Positions 57,275 to 64,000 of a stretch of 64,000 bases of DNA are shown here, piece after piece (position 1 is the stretch's first letter; every line of letters begins with the position of its first letter). The stretch comes from an uncultured euryarchaeote (GTDB lineage Archaea; Thermoplasmatota; Poseidoniia; Poseidoniales; Poseidoniaceae). The position numbers and the translations under genes are program-made. Under the pieces are notes generated by a model that made no database searches, was not told where the DNA came from, and saw only the letters and a program-made list of their open reading frames with translations. The DNA is taken from NCBI GenBank assembly GCA_937915175.1, contig CALDNA010000057.1, forward strand, positions 3,328 through 67,327, read 5' to 3'.

Positions 57275-57572
57275 CCAACCAGTTCATCCATTCGTCATCA
57301 GCGCAACTCAGCAAGCGAAATGCCCTGGCTTCGAGGCCTTCACGGTTCGGGGCACTGAGAACACCTTGTTCCATTGCATCATGCCATTCAACCTGCATGT
57401 GCCGGATGCGCCTTCGAGCTTCTTCCGGCTGTTCGAAATTCATTTCACAGACATCCCTGAGTTCAGAAATCCATGTCCGAGCGTCCTTTAACAGAGGGTC
57501 ATCAATGCGCATACGCTTTGATGACTTCTTAGATCCGAAAGGCCACCATCCCATGATTTGCTGAAGCGGCAA
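57213..57572 (-). CDS. Small hypothetical protein (119 aa)
   Basis: The ORF has plausible composition (MPLQQIMGWWPFGSKKSSKR...EEARRRIRHMQVEWHDAMEQG) and a Trp/acidic C-terminus. It overlaps the longest version of the downstream gene by 62 nt. Confidence 0.3.
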   Translation of the reverse strand: MPLQQIMGWWPFGSKKSSKRMRIDDPLLKDARTWISELRDVCEMNFEQPEEARRRIRHMQVEWHDAMEQGVLSAPNREGLEARAFRLLSCADDEWMNWLDDLDFWKSGWKPASSADNEA

Positions 57573-57689
57573 AGAGCCTTAACGCCATCTGTTGATTGAG
57601 GCACCCATCCATTCGCTTCATCCGCTTTGGCACAATCGCATCATGGAGCATTGATGCAAGTTCATCAACCACGGCGTTCAGCCTCGACC

Positions 57690-58121
57690 ATGGGTCGCGT
57701 GGTTGTGCATCTGCACGGGATTTCCAAGCAGAAAGATCTCCGACGCTTGCTTGAGATGTATGGCGAACGAACACAATCCACAGGAGTGAAGGTCGAAATC
57801 CACTCTGCAAAGTTATCCTGCAAAGCCTATGTCGAACTTCTTGGCAACTTGCCAGGAGCGCTGGTTTTGATGGATGAAGCAGGGGCATTACAAACCTCAA
57901 TCGAATTCGCAAACCAATTCAAAGGGTGGACGATCGGGACCGAAACAGTGCACCTCGCCATTGGTCCGGCCGAGGGGTGGACGGTTCAACCTGCATGCTC
58001 CTTTGAGCGCCTCTCGCTTTCTCCATTGACCATGCCGCATGAACTTGCAAGCGTTGTGCTGATGGAACAGGTGTATCGTGCTACAGAAATTGCTCGAGGC
58101 TCCGACTATCACAAGGCTTGA
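57690..58121 (+). CDS. rlmH: 23S rRNA (pseudouridine-N3)-methyltransferase RlmH-like (SPOUT)
   Basis: [17 protein letters not shown] and [35 protein letters not shown] are colinear with the E. coli RlmH C-terminal knot region (LSLSALTLPH...ESLYRAW.I....PYH). Start is ATG at 57690 or 57654. Confidence 0.75.
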   Translation: MGRVVVHLHGISKQKDLRRLLEMYGERTQSTGVKVEIHSAKLSCKAYVELLGNLPGALVLMDEAGALQTSIEFANQFKGWTIGTETVHLAIGPAEGWTVQPACSFERLSLSPLTMPHELASVVLMEQVYRATEIARGSDYHKA

Positions 58122-58169
58122 GCAAAGGGTCAAGAAGCACCGAACATTGGCTCAAACAGAGGCAAAAGC

Positions 58170-58937
58170 ATGTTGCTCTTTGAACAAGATAGCCTTCGAT
58201 GGATACTGGTCGCCTTTGAGTGCCTCATTGGCCTGGTTTTAATCCTCGGATCGAAAAGCCAACCCTTTCCGCTGCCATCGCGACGGTTCGGCTGGATTGT
58301 GTTGAGCATCGGACTGCTATTGGCGCTAGGGCAATTTGCACCCCGCCCAGTGTCTGTTCTCGGGCACCTTTCCGTCCTCACCGCCATCGGCTCGTTCGGG
58401 CTGCTTGTCGGTATCCACCACTTGATTCGCACTCGAAGAGAAGTGTTGATCGCTCCATTTTCAGGATTCATGTTTTGCGTTGGCGTTGGTGGACTGATGG
58501 TCACAACATGGGCGGATTTGAACACCTTTGAACAGTGGTCAGGGTTCCTCGCTCTCGTGGTGCTCGGCGGTGGCCAGACTTGGCTTGTCTTCCGCGGCTT
58601 GCTGATTGGGCGGCTCCCCTTGGCTTGGAGTCAAGCAGGCATGGTTGCGCTGCAGCGTGGTTTTATTGACGGACCAACCGGAGCGATCTCTTGCTTCGAA
58701 AAAGGCTGGGACGCTGAAGAAGAACACCTCAACCCCATGGCCTACGTTGCTTTACATCGCCTCAACCTCTTCATCGGTAACGGTGAAAAAGCAACTGAGT
58801 GGCTGGATGCATTGAATGATGTCGGCGGTGAAAAAGGCGTTGCGCCAGAATGGATTAAAGCAATTCATGAGTCTATTCTCCGCATTGATCCAAACGCTTC
58901 TTCCCTCTTGCCAGCTCTTGTGGCCGAAGAAGAATAG
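58170..58937 (+). CDS. Hypothetical membrane protein (about 5 TM) with a soluble C-terminal domain
   Basis: Hydrophobic helices (WILVAFECLIGLVLILG, FGWIVLSIGLLLALG, VLGHLSVLTAIGSFGLLVGI, FMFCVGVGGLMV, FLALVVLGGGQTWLVF) are followed by a helical soluble tail. Confidence 0.55.
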   Translation: MLLFEQDSLRWILVAFECLIGLVLILGSKSQPFPLPSRRFGWIVLSIGLLLALGQFAPRPVSVLGHLSVLTAIGSFGLLVGIHHLIRTRREVLIAPFSGFMFCVGVGGLMVTTWADLNTFEQWSGFLALVVLGGGQTWLVFRGLLIGRLPLAWSQAGMVALQRGFIDGPTGAISCFEKGWDAEEEHLNPMAYVALHRLNLFIGNGEKATEWLDALNDVGGEKGVAPEWIKAIHESILRIDPNASSLLPALVAEEE

Positions 58938-58953
58938 TTCCGGTTTCCGGAAC
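58937..58953. terminator. 7-bp stem / 3-nt loop hairpin abutting the stop codon
   Basis: GTTCCGG-ttt-CCGGAAC starts at the last base of the TAG stop of the 58170-58937 gene. The function is inferred. Confidence 0.3.
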
Positions 58954-59030
58954 ATCAGGCACCGAATCCGTTAGAAAGCGGCTTCTTTCGGCCGCAGGTC
59001 GACGAGAAGGCGCACATCTATACAAAGCAC

Positions 59031-59038
59031 TTAATATC
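59031..59038 (+). promoter_or_regulatory. Candidate archaeal TATA-like box (TTAATATC), about 25 nt upstream of the ATG at 59059
   Basis: The AT-rich element in a 121-nt spacer has spacing compatible with a leaderless transcript. A second AT-rich element, GATATAATA, lies directly before the ATG. Confidence 0.25.
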
Positions 59039-59058
59039 ATGGAAGTCGATATAATACC

Positions 59059-59340
59059 ATGGAAGAAGTAGAAAGCAGGGCAAAGAACCTCTCGATGAAC
59101 AGCCTTCTCTGGTACGCCGTGTTCGTATGGTTTGCCTCAAGCCTGTTTTCTCAGTCCCTGTACATGGGCTTCAACGGGGTTCCGTACGATGCGCTCGCTC
59201 TTTTGGAAGAACTGGGCCCGCTCTACTACGCTGTCCTCGTGATTGAACTTTTGATTTGGATCGGTTTGGGCTCTCTTGTCCTGAAAAAACTCGTTAAGAA
59301 AGCAGGAAGTGCCCTCACAACTGCTGCTGTAATTGCATAG
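59059..59340 (+). CDS. Small membrane protein (2 TM)
   Basis: SLLWYAVFVWFASSLFSQSLY and LYYAVLVIELLIWIGLGSLVL, followed by a basic KKLVKK segment. Confidence 0.5.
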   Translation: MEEVESRAKNLSMNSLLWYAVFVWFASSLFSQSLYMGFNGVPYDALALLEELGPLYYAVLVIELLIWIGLGSLVLKKLVKKAGSALTTAAVIA

Positions 59341-59404
59341 TGTTCATTTTCCGAATCAAATTAGCAAGCCCAGACACGAAGGTTAGCGAACATTGAACCA
59401 ACCC

Positions 59405-59425
59405 TTGATTTTAGCGAAAAATCAA
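59405..59425. other. Perfect 8-bp stem hairpin in an intergenic spacer
   Basis: TTGATTTT-agcga-AAAATCAA is followed by tgTTTTgg. It lies 65 nt downstream of the small membrane gene and 89 nt upstream of the DUF2203-like ATG. Confidence 0.3.
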
Positions 59426-59513
59426 ATGTTTTGGCCGATGACTTGATGGTCCGTCAAGTAAAGGAACGCATGTGAGAGAGTCAGGCGAGGTACCGTTCTT
59501 TTCAGGTCGACCT

Positions 59514-59957
59514 ATGGACACATGTTCCTTGCTCGATCAGGAAGATGCTCTGCGTGTGCTTCCCCGAGGCGCACGGCTTGTGACGATTGAAGAAGCCCGT
59601 GAAAACCTTCCAAAGGTAACACGCTGGTTGGCTGAACTCCAAGCGATGAGCGATGAGGCTCACGATCTTACCGAAGAACTCGAAGTGCTGCTTGAATCGC
59701 TTGAAGCAGAACATGAACACGTAGTCGAGGTGGCAGAACACCTAGCACAACTTGTCACGCATTGGCAACAAACGACCTCCAGAATCGAGGCAACAGGAAC
59801 ACGAATCGCCTGCCTTGAACCTGGCCGTTTGGAATGGTACGGCGTGGTTGATGAACATCTGGCGTTGTATTCTTGGAGCCTTGGTGAAGAGGACATCGAA
59901 TGGTACCATCCCATCGATTCGAGCTTCATGGCCCGAAAACCACTCATAGAAGCATGA
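59514..59957 (+). CDS. DUF2203-like protein
   Basis: An N-terminal TIEEARENLPKV...L, a long helical acidic middle and a C-terminal GRLEWYGVVDEHLALYSWSLGEEDIEWYHPIDSSFMARKPL fit my recollection of the DUF2203 pattern (GLVDFP...LCWK.GE..I.YWH....GF.GRKPI). Confidence 0.5.
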   Translation: MDTCSLLDQEDALRVLPRGARLVTIEEARENLPKVTRWLAELQAMSDEAHDLTEELEVLLESLEAEHEHVVEVAEHLAQLVTHWQQTTSRIEATGTRIACLEPGRLEWYGVVDEHLALYSWSLGEEDIEWYHPIDSSFMARKPLIEA

Positions 59958-59981
59958 CTTGGCTTCGCATGAGGGGAGAAC

Positions 59982-60677
59982 ATGGTCCGCATCAATCGAG
60001 TGTACACCGGTGGCGGTGATGGAGGGGAAACTTCCCTTGTTGACGGCTCGCGCCGTTCCAAAGCCGATCTTCGCTTCGAAGTGGTCGGAACCTGTGACGA
60101 ATTGAATTCAGTTTTCGGTCTTGTGGCCATGGAAGCGGAACGTTTGCCAAAGCACGAAGATGGCGGCACAAGAGCGACCGTACAACGGGTTCAGACGATT
60201 CTTTCGATGGTGTTGACCCGCGTTCAAAACGAACTGTTCGACTTGGGGGCAGAACTGGCTTGCGTGCCTTCTGCTTTACCCGAATACATGGTGTTAATCA
60301 ATGAAGATCAGAGCAAGGTTTTGGTCGATGAAATGGATGCATGGCTGGAACATATCGAGCCACTCACCAGTTTTATTCTTCCAGCAGGGCATGGTCCAGA
60401 AGCAATGCTACACCTCGCACGAACGGTGACTCGTCGGCTTGAACGCGCCGTGATCCGCCTCAAGGAGCACGAAGGGGAGGCTTCGGTTCGCCCGTTGGTT
60501 CAAGTCTATCTCAACCGGCTTTCTGACTGGTTGTTCGTCCTAGGACGGTGGGTTACTGCCGGACTTGGCCACGATGAAACATTATGGCAACCCCTTGGCA
60601 AAAGAGGCCCTGAATCAGGAGTTGCAGATCGCATCCGCCGCCTTTACGCTTCAGATGAGGACTTCAAATCTCTGTGA
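59982..60677 (+). CDS. ATP:cob(I)alamin adenosyltransferase, PduO/MMAB type
   Basis: RVYTGGGDGGETSL.DGSRRSK...E..GTCDELNS and the four-helix-bundle repeats with L..A.T..RR.ER are diagnostic of PduO-type adenosyltransferases. Confidence 0.85.
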   Translation: MVRINRVYTGGGDGGETSLVDGSRRSKADLRFEVVGTCDELNSVFGLVAMEAERLPKHEDGGTRATVQRVQTILSMVLTRVQNELFDLGAELACVPSALPEYMVLINEDQSKVLVDEMDAWLEHIEPLTSFILPAGHGPEAMLHLARTVTRRLERAVIRLKEHEGEASVRPLVQVYLNRLSDWLFVLGRWVTAGLGHDETLWQPLGKRGPESGVADRIRRLYASDEDFKSL

Positions 60678-61115
60678 TCACTCAAGGCCTAAATCGGCCA
60701 TGTGTTGGCGCGCTCGACGCAACACGGTCCTCGTCTCTTCATGGGAAACTTGCTGCTCAGCCATGTCCCAATCCAACCACATGTAGCCGCGATGCTCATG
60801 TGACAATTTAACCGTCAACTGGTCGGTTTGTGCGAGGTACCAATAGACTTGCTTCTCCTTCTTTTTACCACGATGATGGAAGCTGTATTCGCTTCGCTCG
60901 ACAAAATCCTTGACGAATTCAATACGGTCAATGCCGGTTTCTTCAGCCAATTCTCGCTGAGCGGTGGCGTGATGGTCCTCATCATCATCCTCGACGTGGC
61001 CCTTCGGAAAATCCCAGTGACCCTGGGGGTATTGGAGCAGAAGAATCGTGCCGTAATTAACCAACACCACACCACACGAGGTCTCCATGCATTGCACTGT
61101 AGGGCTCGCGGTCAA
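60678..61115 (-). CDS. NUDIX hydrolase
   Basis: Nudix box GHWDFPKGHVEDDDEDHHATAQRELAEETG (GX5EX7REUXEEXGU). The 145-aa size resembles Ap4A-hydrolase-type enzymes. Confidence 0.85.
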   Translation of the reverse strand: MTASPTVQCMETSCGVVLVNYGTILLLQYPQGHWDFPKGHVEDDDEDHHATAQRELAEETGIDRIEFVKDFVERSEYSFHHRGKKKEKQVYWYLAQTDQLTVKLSHEHRGYMWLDWDMAEQQVSHEETRTVLRRARQHMADLGLE

Positions 61116-61175
61116 GTCACTTTTGGCTGTTGACCTTCCGCAAATCTTCTTGTGAGGGTTGTTCTGCCTCGCTGT

Positions 61176-62174
61176 ATGAGCGAAGGAATGAGCGTGCTTG
61201 AGGCAGCGGGTTTGCCAGCATTCACCTCCATTATCGCTGACTCAGATTTGGATGGCCTTTGCGCAGCGGCCGTTCTCAAAGCTGCAAACCCGAACGCAAC
61301 CGTTCACTTTGCCCATGCTGCCTTGGTCCGTTCTGGGGCCATTGACCATCTGGTCGACCGGCAAACCGCAATGGTGGATTTGCCCTTCCATCCAGATTGC
61401 GGTTGGTATTTAGATCATCATCAAACGAACCGGCCAAACGAAGTGGAAGAGGCTAAGTTCACCGCTCAAGGCGGTACTTGCCATTGGGAAGCCACCCCTT
61501 CAGCAGCGAGGTTGGCGTATGATGTGCTCAGCCCCTACATTGATCTCAGCCACCTCGAGGAAATCATGCCAATTGTCGATGCACTTGATTCGGGCCAAAT
61601 CACCCGCGAAGCGTTCATGGCAGATGGACCGGTGTTGCAACTCGCTCGTTCACTCTCCATGCGAGAGCCTGAACACATGCAACGGCTCTTGGATATGCTC
61701 GCACAGGGCACCCGTCTTGCAGACGTGTTGGCGAATGACTCAATCGCCCCCCATGTGGCACGAGCAAAAGAGGAACGCTCTGCTGCACAGTTGGTTGTTG
61801 AAACTCACACCACCATCGTTGACCGGCTCGCAATCTGCAGAATGGATGAAAAGGGCGTCCGCTCCAACGGCTATCTTGTTACTGCATGGGCCGGGGACAA
61901 AGCAGATGCGTGTTGCATCGTCCATGGTTACGCCGACGGCTCCATTGAAACTCCAGATCGACCTGCTCTTTCTGCGAGTTTTTACGCTAATTCGTTCTTG
62001 GCAAACGGGCAAGGTCGGTTCGATCTTTCTCGTATGGCAACGGCTCTTGACCCAACCGGAGGCGGCCACGCAAACGCTTGCGGTTGCAGGATTCAACCGC
62101 CTGGTGTTGAAGCAAATCTAGAAGTTTGGCTCGACATGTGGGCAAATCGCACTGAAGCGCTTGCAATTCGCTAA
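61176..62174 (+). CDS. DHH-family phosphoesterase (NrnA/RecJ-like fold)
   Basis: Motif I/II IIADSDLDGLCAAAVL, motif III YLDHHQTN and the DHHA1-type GGGHANACG. ATG at 61176 (the ORF starts at a GTG at 61152). Confidence 0.65.
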   Translation: MSEGMSVLEAAGLPAFTSIIADSDLDGLCAAAVLKAANPNATVHFAHAALVRSGAIDHLVDRQTAMVDLPFHPDCGWYLDHHQTNRPNEVEEAKFTAQGGTCHWEATPSAARLAYDVLSPYIDLSHLEEIMPIVDALDSGQITREAFMADGPVLQLARSLSMREPEHMQRLLDMLAQGTRLADVLANDSIAPHVARAKEERSAAQLVVETHTTIVDRLAICRMDEKGVRSNGYLVTAWAGDKADACCIVHGYADGSIETPDRPALSASFYANSFLANGQGRFDLSRMATALDPTGGGHANACGCRIQPPGVEANLEVWLDMWANRTEALAIR

Positions 62175-62645
62175 TCAGCCCAAGACGGTGAACAGGTACA
62201 GGAAGCCAAGGAAGGCGTGAATGAACACCAAGACAACAACCAAATCAGCAGCACGCCCGTGCTTCAGCACATGGTGGCTAAATTTCTCACCGCTGTTTCG
62301 AGCGGTTTTGGCTTTACGGCCCATTCTTGCAAGCAGGAACAAAAGGGCAAAGCCGACTGGCCCCATCAAACCATGAAGGCTTTGCGGCATGAGGTAAGAA
62401 AGCACGTCGCCATTGGTGCGTTGGCCAACAACGGCTCGGGCAAGGAAGGCCACAAGAATGACACCGAGCGTCGACCACAGCAACCGTTCACCCATCCGCT
62501 CATGACGGCTGCGTGCCGCAGTTCGATCTTCCCCTTTGAGTTCATGGCTTTTTTTCCGCCACGAATATTGCCACCAAATCCAGACCAGCAAGCCGGACGC
62601 GAGCAACGGGTGCAAGAGCATCACGATGGTATTCACGGGGTCCAT
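62175..62645 (-). CDS. Four-TM membrane protein of unknown function
   Basis: Helices IVMLLHPLLASGLLVWIWW, LLWSTLGVILVAFLARAVV, LMGPVGFALLFLLA and LVVVLVFIHAFLGFLYLFTVL contain conserved-looking His residues. Its stop abuts the DHH gene stop. Confidence 0.55.
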   Translation of the reverse strand: MDPVNTIVMLLHPLLASGLLVWIWWQYSWRKKSHELKGEDRTAARSRHERMGERLLWSTLGVILVAFLARAVVGQRTNGDVLSYLMPQSLHGLMGPVGFALLFLLARMGRKAKTARNSGEKFSHHVLKHGRAADLVVVLVFIHAFLGFLYLFTVLG

Positions 62646-62840
62646 TGAACTCGCCTCAAACCAACGGGAGGTTTACCCGCCTCATGGATGTTGTTGGCCA
62701 ACTTCACAGAAACCACGCATCCCTTAGGAGTACAGCGTGCCGGTGGATTGAAGGAGGGTAGGTTGAGGCAAAGGTGAGGGGCGAGCATTCTGCAGGAGGA
62801 CTATCTGGCAAAATGCCTTGAAGCCGCGTTTAAATCGAAC

Positions 62841-64000
62841 GTGCCTAATGGTCGTCGCCAGTCGCTCGTTGTTCGAATCCCAGAATGGAAATTACTTGAG
62901 GACCCATGGCGCCCAATATTGCATTTGGCGGTCTCTGAAACTGAACTCCCTGCGGCAGATGAAGACGACCAACCTTCGCCGATGCGCAAACCCTCAAACA
63001 TGCGTCGGACACGAAACCGTCGAGGTGGTCGGGGAAAAAATGAGCCACTGGACTCCCTCCCAACAGCAGCAGAAATGGTTGTGCCAAGTGACTTTTCTGA
63101 TGCTTACCGACTTGCCGTTTTGCTTGCACACAAGCTCCTAAACAAAGACGACTGGGATGCCACATGGGAGAAAACAGAAACCACTCTGCGCGATTCATGT
63201 TTGGCAAACGGCGTCCACCCCGTTTGGGGCGAACTCGCTCAACACACGCCCTTGTTTGGTCAATTTGCAGCCTTCCCTGTTGCCAAACCAAAGAAGAAAG
63301 CGTCGAAAAAGAAAATTGACAGTTCCGCAGGCTATGTCGACCCAATGGTCACCGAAGATCTGGCGAAAGCGATGGAATTGCTGGCAGATTCCGTCGATTC
63401 AGCTGAAGCGCAAGTGGCGCTACGAACCGTTGGCTCGCAACTCTCCTCAGGTCGGGCGTTGAATCCAGCGGATTTGTTGCTTGAATTGGACGGCTCGGCT
63501 TCCCTCATTTCTTCTCTGCTCTCCATTGCAGTCGGAAAAGACGCAACAAAGAGCCTTGCTAAGGTTAAGAAAATCGATGAAACACTCGCCGCTGAGTTAA
63601 CGGATTTAGTCAATCTTCGCAACGGTGTTGTTGAGGATTGGAAAGCGAGTTCTAACGCCTCTGGCGATCATTCTCTGTCCCACTCACGCCGCTTCCTCGC
63701 GTGGCAGCATCCACCTGAATCGAGTGCAAAGCTCAAGGCGAAGGTGTTGAGCGAAGGTTTGGAATTGCTCCGCGATGGAAAAGCACCAGTGCAAGCCATT
63801 GAACGTGTGATGTGGTGGCGACTTTCTGCGCTCCACCGCGAAGGAAAAACCGAAGAAACGGTGCAAACCCTGACTTCCTTGAAACTCGATGCCCACGCAG
63901 AACTGTCCCACCTCCTTCCACTCATCTCTGATTTGAAGAACGACGAAGTGAAAACTTGGCTCAACGGTCAAATCCCGCACTTGGACGACGGCGCTTTGGT
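62841..64000 (+). CDS. Hypothetical protein, 3'-truncated by the window end (absent from the ORF track because it has no stop)
   Basis: I translated the frame that is open from 62778 to nt 64000: ...NVPNGRRQSLVVRIPEWKLLEDPW...MRKPSNMRRTRNRRGGRGKNEPLD...AYRLAVLLAHKLL...VMWWRLSALHREGKTEE... The composition is helical and protein-like. Start is uncertain (GTG at 62841 or ATG at 62982). All listed ORFs here on other frames or strands look compositionally random. Confidence 0.5.
   Translation, partial: MPNGRRQSLVVRIPEWKLLEDPWRPILHLAVSETELPAADEDDQPSPMRKPSNMRRTRNRRGGRGKNEPLDSLPTAAEMVVPSDFSDAYRLAVLLAHKLLNKDDWDATWEKTETTLRDSCLANGVHPVWGELAQHTPLFGQFAAFPVAKPKKKASKKKIDSSAGYVDPMVTEDLAKAMELLADSVDSAEAQVALRTVGSQLSSGRALNPADLLLELDGSASLISSLLSIAVGKDATKSLAKVKKIDETLAAELTDLVNLRNGVVEDWKASSNASGDHSLSHSRRFLAWQHPPESSAKLKAKVLSEGLELLRDGKAPVQAIERVMWWRLSALHREGKTEETVQTLTSLKLDAHAELSHLLPLISDLKNDEVKTWLNGQIPHLDDGAL

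Noticed and set aside
59039-59071. 10-codon upstream mini-ORF (ATGGAAGTCGATATAATACCATGGAAGAAGTAG) overlapping the start of the small membrane gene
   Set aside because: It is too short to evaluate and probably a chance ATG within the AT-rich promoter region.
59660-60169. 169-aa antisense ORF overlapping the DUF2203-like and PduO-type genes
   Set aside because: It is extremely Ser/Pro/Thr-rich (SSSTSSSSV) and spans an intergenic gap between two well-supported sense genes, so it is an artefact of an antisense open frame.
62871-62880. GTTCGAATCC, identical to the classic tRNA T-arm/T-loop sequence
   Set aside because: The flanking bases cannot form a T-stem (CGTTG versus CCCAG), and no acceptor, D or anticodon arms can be drawn. 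It lies inside the coding frame (VVRIPEW). No tRNA is called anywhere in the window.
62818-63462. Listed ORFs 62818-63141 (+), 62845-63345 (-) and 63157-63462 (+)
   Set aside because: Their compositions look random (Cys/Trp/Arg-rich). All overlap the much longer stop-free frame that runs to the window end and reads like a real helical protein.
1-64000. Search by eye for CRISPR arrays, IS elements, transposases, integrases, prophage genes, toxin-antitoxin pairs, rRNA and tRNA
   Set aside because: I found no direct-repeat arrays, no DDE or tyrosine-recombinase motifs and no terminal inverted repeats flanking gene blocks. The window reads as core chromosome rather than a mobile island.

Overview
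The window is almost fully coding (about 43 protein genes, no rRNA, tRNA, CRISPR or transposase seen) and looks like a streamlined archaeal chromosome. Archaeal markers are MCM helicase, GatE, two Pth2-type peptidyl-tRNA hydrolases, Trm1, a PAC2 proteasome-chaperone protein, a TFB-like factor, a phosphatidylserine decarboxylase-type enzyme and a TIGR01210-like radical SAM protein. GC looks moderate by eye. Together with the acidic proteins and three very large surface proteins (one of 2793 aa), this suggests a planktonic marine euryarchaeote such as Marine Group II/III; that is inference only. Housekeeping genes include purM, threonine aldolase, proline iminopeptidase, maeB-type malic enzyme, a pabB-pabA fusion plus pabC, a PduO-type corrinoid adenosyltransferase, NUDIX and DHH hydrolases, an Obg-like GTPase and rlmH. 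The items most worth follow-up are: (1) a two-TM membrane protein with ordered CD36/LIMP-2 scavenger-receptor motifs split by a large insertion; (2) a translationally coupled AddB-like/AddA-like helicase-nuclease pair in which both subunits carry a 4-Cys nuclease module; (3) a 795-aa zinc-ribbon, Trp/Arg-rich orphan protein; (4) a roughly 13-TM membrane protein ending in two canonical EF-hands, in an operon with a small membrane protein; (5) a PQQ-propeller/2-TM/DUF4430-like fusion next to an ECF S-component-like protein; (6) tandem Pth2 paralogs; (7) convergent genes that abut stop-to-stop (three exact TGATCA junctions). All functional calls come from reading motifs by eye, with no database search, and many start codons are uncertain.
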